Below, piece after piece: positions 63,625 through 64,000 of a stretch of DNA of 64,000 nt. A program made the translations under genes and the position numbers. This stretch comes from Thermoproteota archaeon. GTDB lineage: Archaea; Korarchaeota; Korarchaeia; Korarchaeales; Korarchaeaceae. Under the pieces are notes generated by a model, which saw only the letters and a program-made list of their open reading frames with translations, was not told the DNA's origin and searched no databases. The stretch spans positions 1-64,000 of the forward strand of contig JAOZGP010000006.1 in assembly GCA_027491735.1 (NCBI GenBank), given 5' to 3'. Each line of letters opens with the position of its first letter. Position 1 is the first letter of the stretch.

Positions 63625-64000
63625 TTCTCACACCTCAAGCCCGTTTCGCTATCGTAAGATACAGCAGCAGTAAAGGCAATCGGTGAAACAAGTCTTTTCT
63701 TATCTTCAATCCAAATTCCTCTCAAAAGCATTTTAGGGCTTAAAAAGACCTTCTTTTTCTCAAACACAACCCTATCATTTTCATCGACATAAAGAAAACC
63801 AGTAATATCTAAAGATCTCAGCATCCTTGCAGATACCGGTATGCAGAGCTTGGAAATAAGCTTGCTAAGCTCTTTCTCATTCTTTCCAACGAACTTATTA
63901 AGATGTTTTATCGGAACTATGTTAACCTGATACTCCTCTCTCACGAAGCTACCTTCAAGCCTGAGCAAAATTTCAACAGCATTCTCAGGACTTTCTAGAT
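63621..64000 (-). CDS. C-terminus of the upstream cas gene, probably Cas3' helicase (runs off the window)
   Basis: Frame open to the window edge, ends YDSETGL.., overlaps the cas3'' start by 4 bp. No helicase motifs visible in the window. Confidence 0.6.
   Translation of the reverse strand, partial: LESPENAVEILLRLEGSFVREEYQVNIVPIKHLNKFVGKNEKELSKLISKLCIPVSARMLRSLDITGFLYVDENDRVVFEKKKVFLSPKMLLRGIWIEDKKRLVSPIAFTAAVSYDSETGLRCEK

Overview
Archaeal chromosomal window, moderately GC-rich, with AGG/ATA-rich codons, GGTGA-type Shine-Dalgarno (SD) sites and TATA boxes. It resembles a thermophilic Korarchaeota- or Thermoprotei-type genome, though the taxonomy is inference. 0-34 kb is mostly housekeeping: moaE/moaD/mobB around a tyrosine recombinase, RPA-like protein, CLC channel, M18 peptidase, homoserine dehydrogenase, ABC exporter, MoxR/DUF58/VWA cluster, a peroxiredoxin-ferritin fusion, nfeD/stomatin, transglutaminase, cutA, a decayed sugar ABC operon and several probable IS200/IS605 scars. 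34.7-46.5 kb is an argG-argH-carA-carB-lysW-lysX-lysY-lysZ-lysJ-lysK cluster; lysW is missing from the ORF track. 46.5-49.4 kb is a metal ABC importer plus an FmdE-like gene under a NikR-like operator. 49.8-58.9 kb is a CRISPR array of about 136 identical 25-bp repeats (manual count), probably transcribed on the minus strand. It is followed by cas1-csa1-cas2-cas4 and convergent cas6, cas3'' and cas3' (type I-A-like). The most striking observation is that the leader-distal 'spacer' is 498 bp long, flanked by perfect repeats, and carries an intact zinc-finger gene with its own TATA/SD and terminator-like tract, in the same sense as the pre-crRNA.
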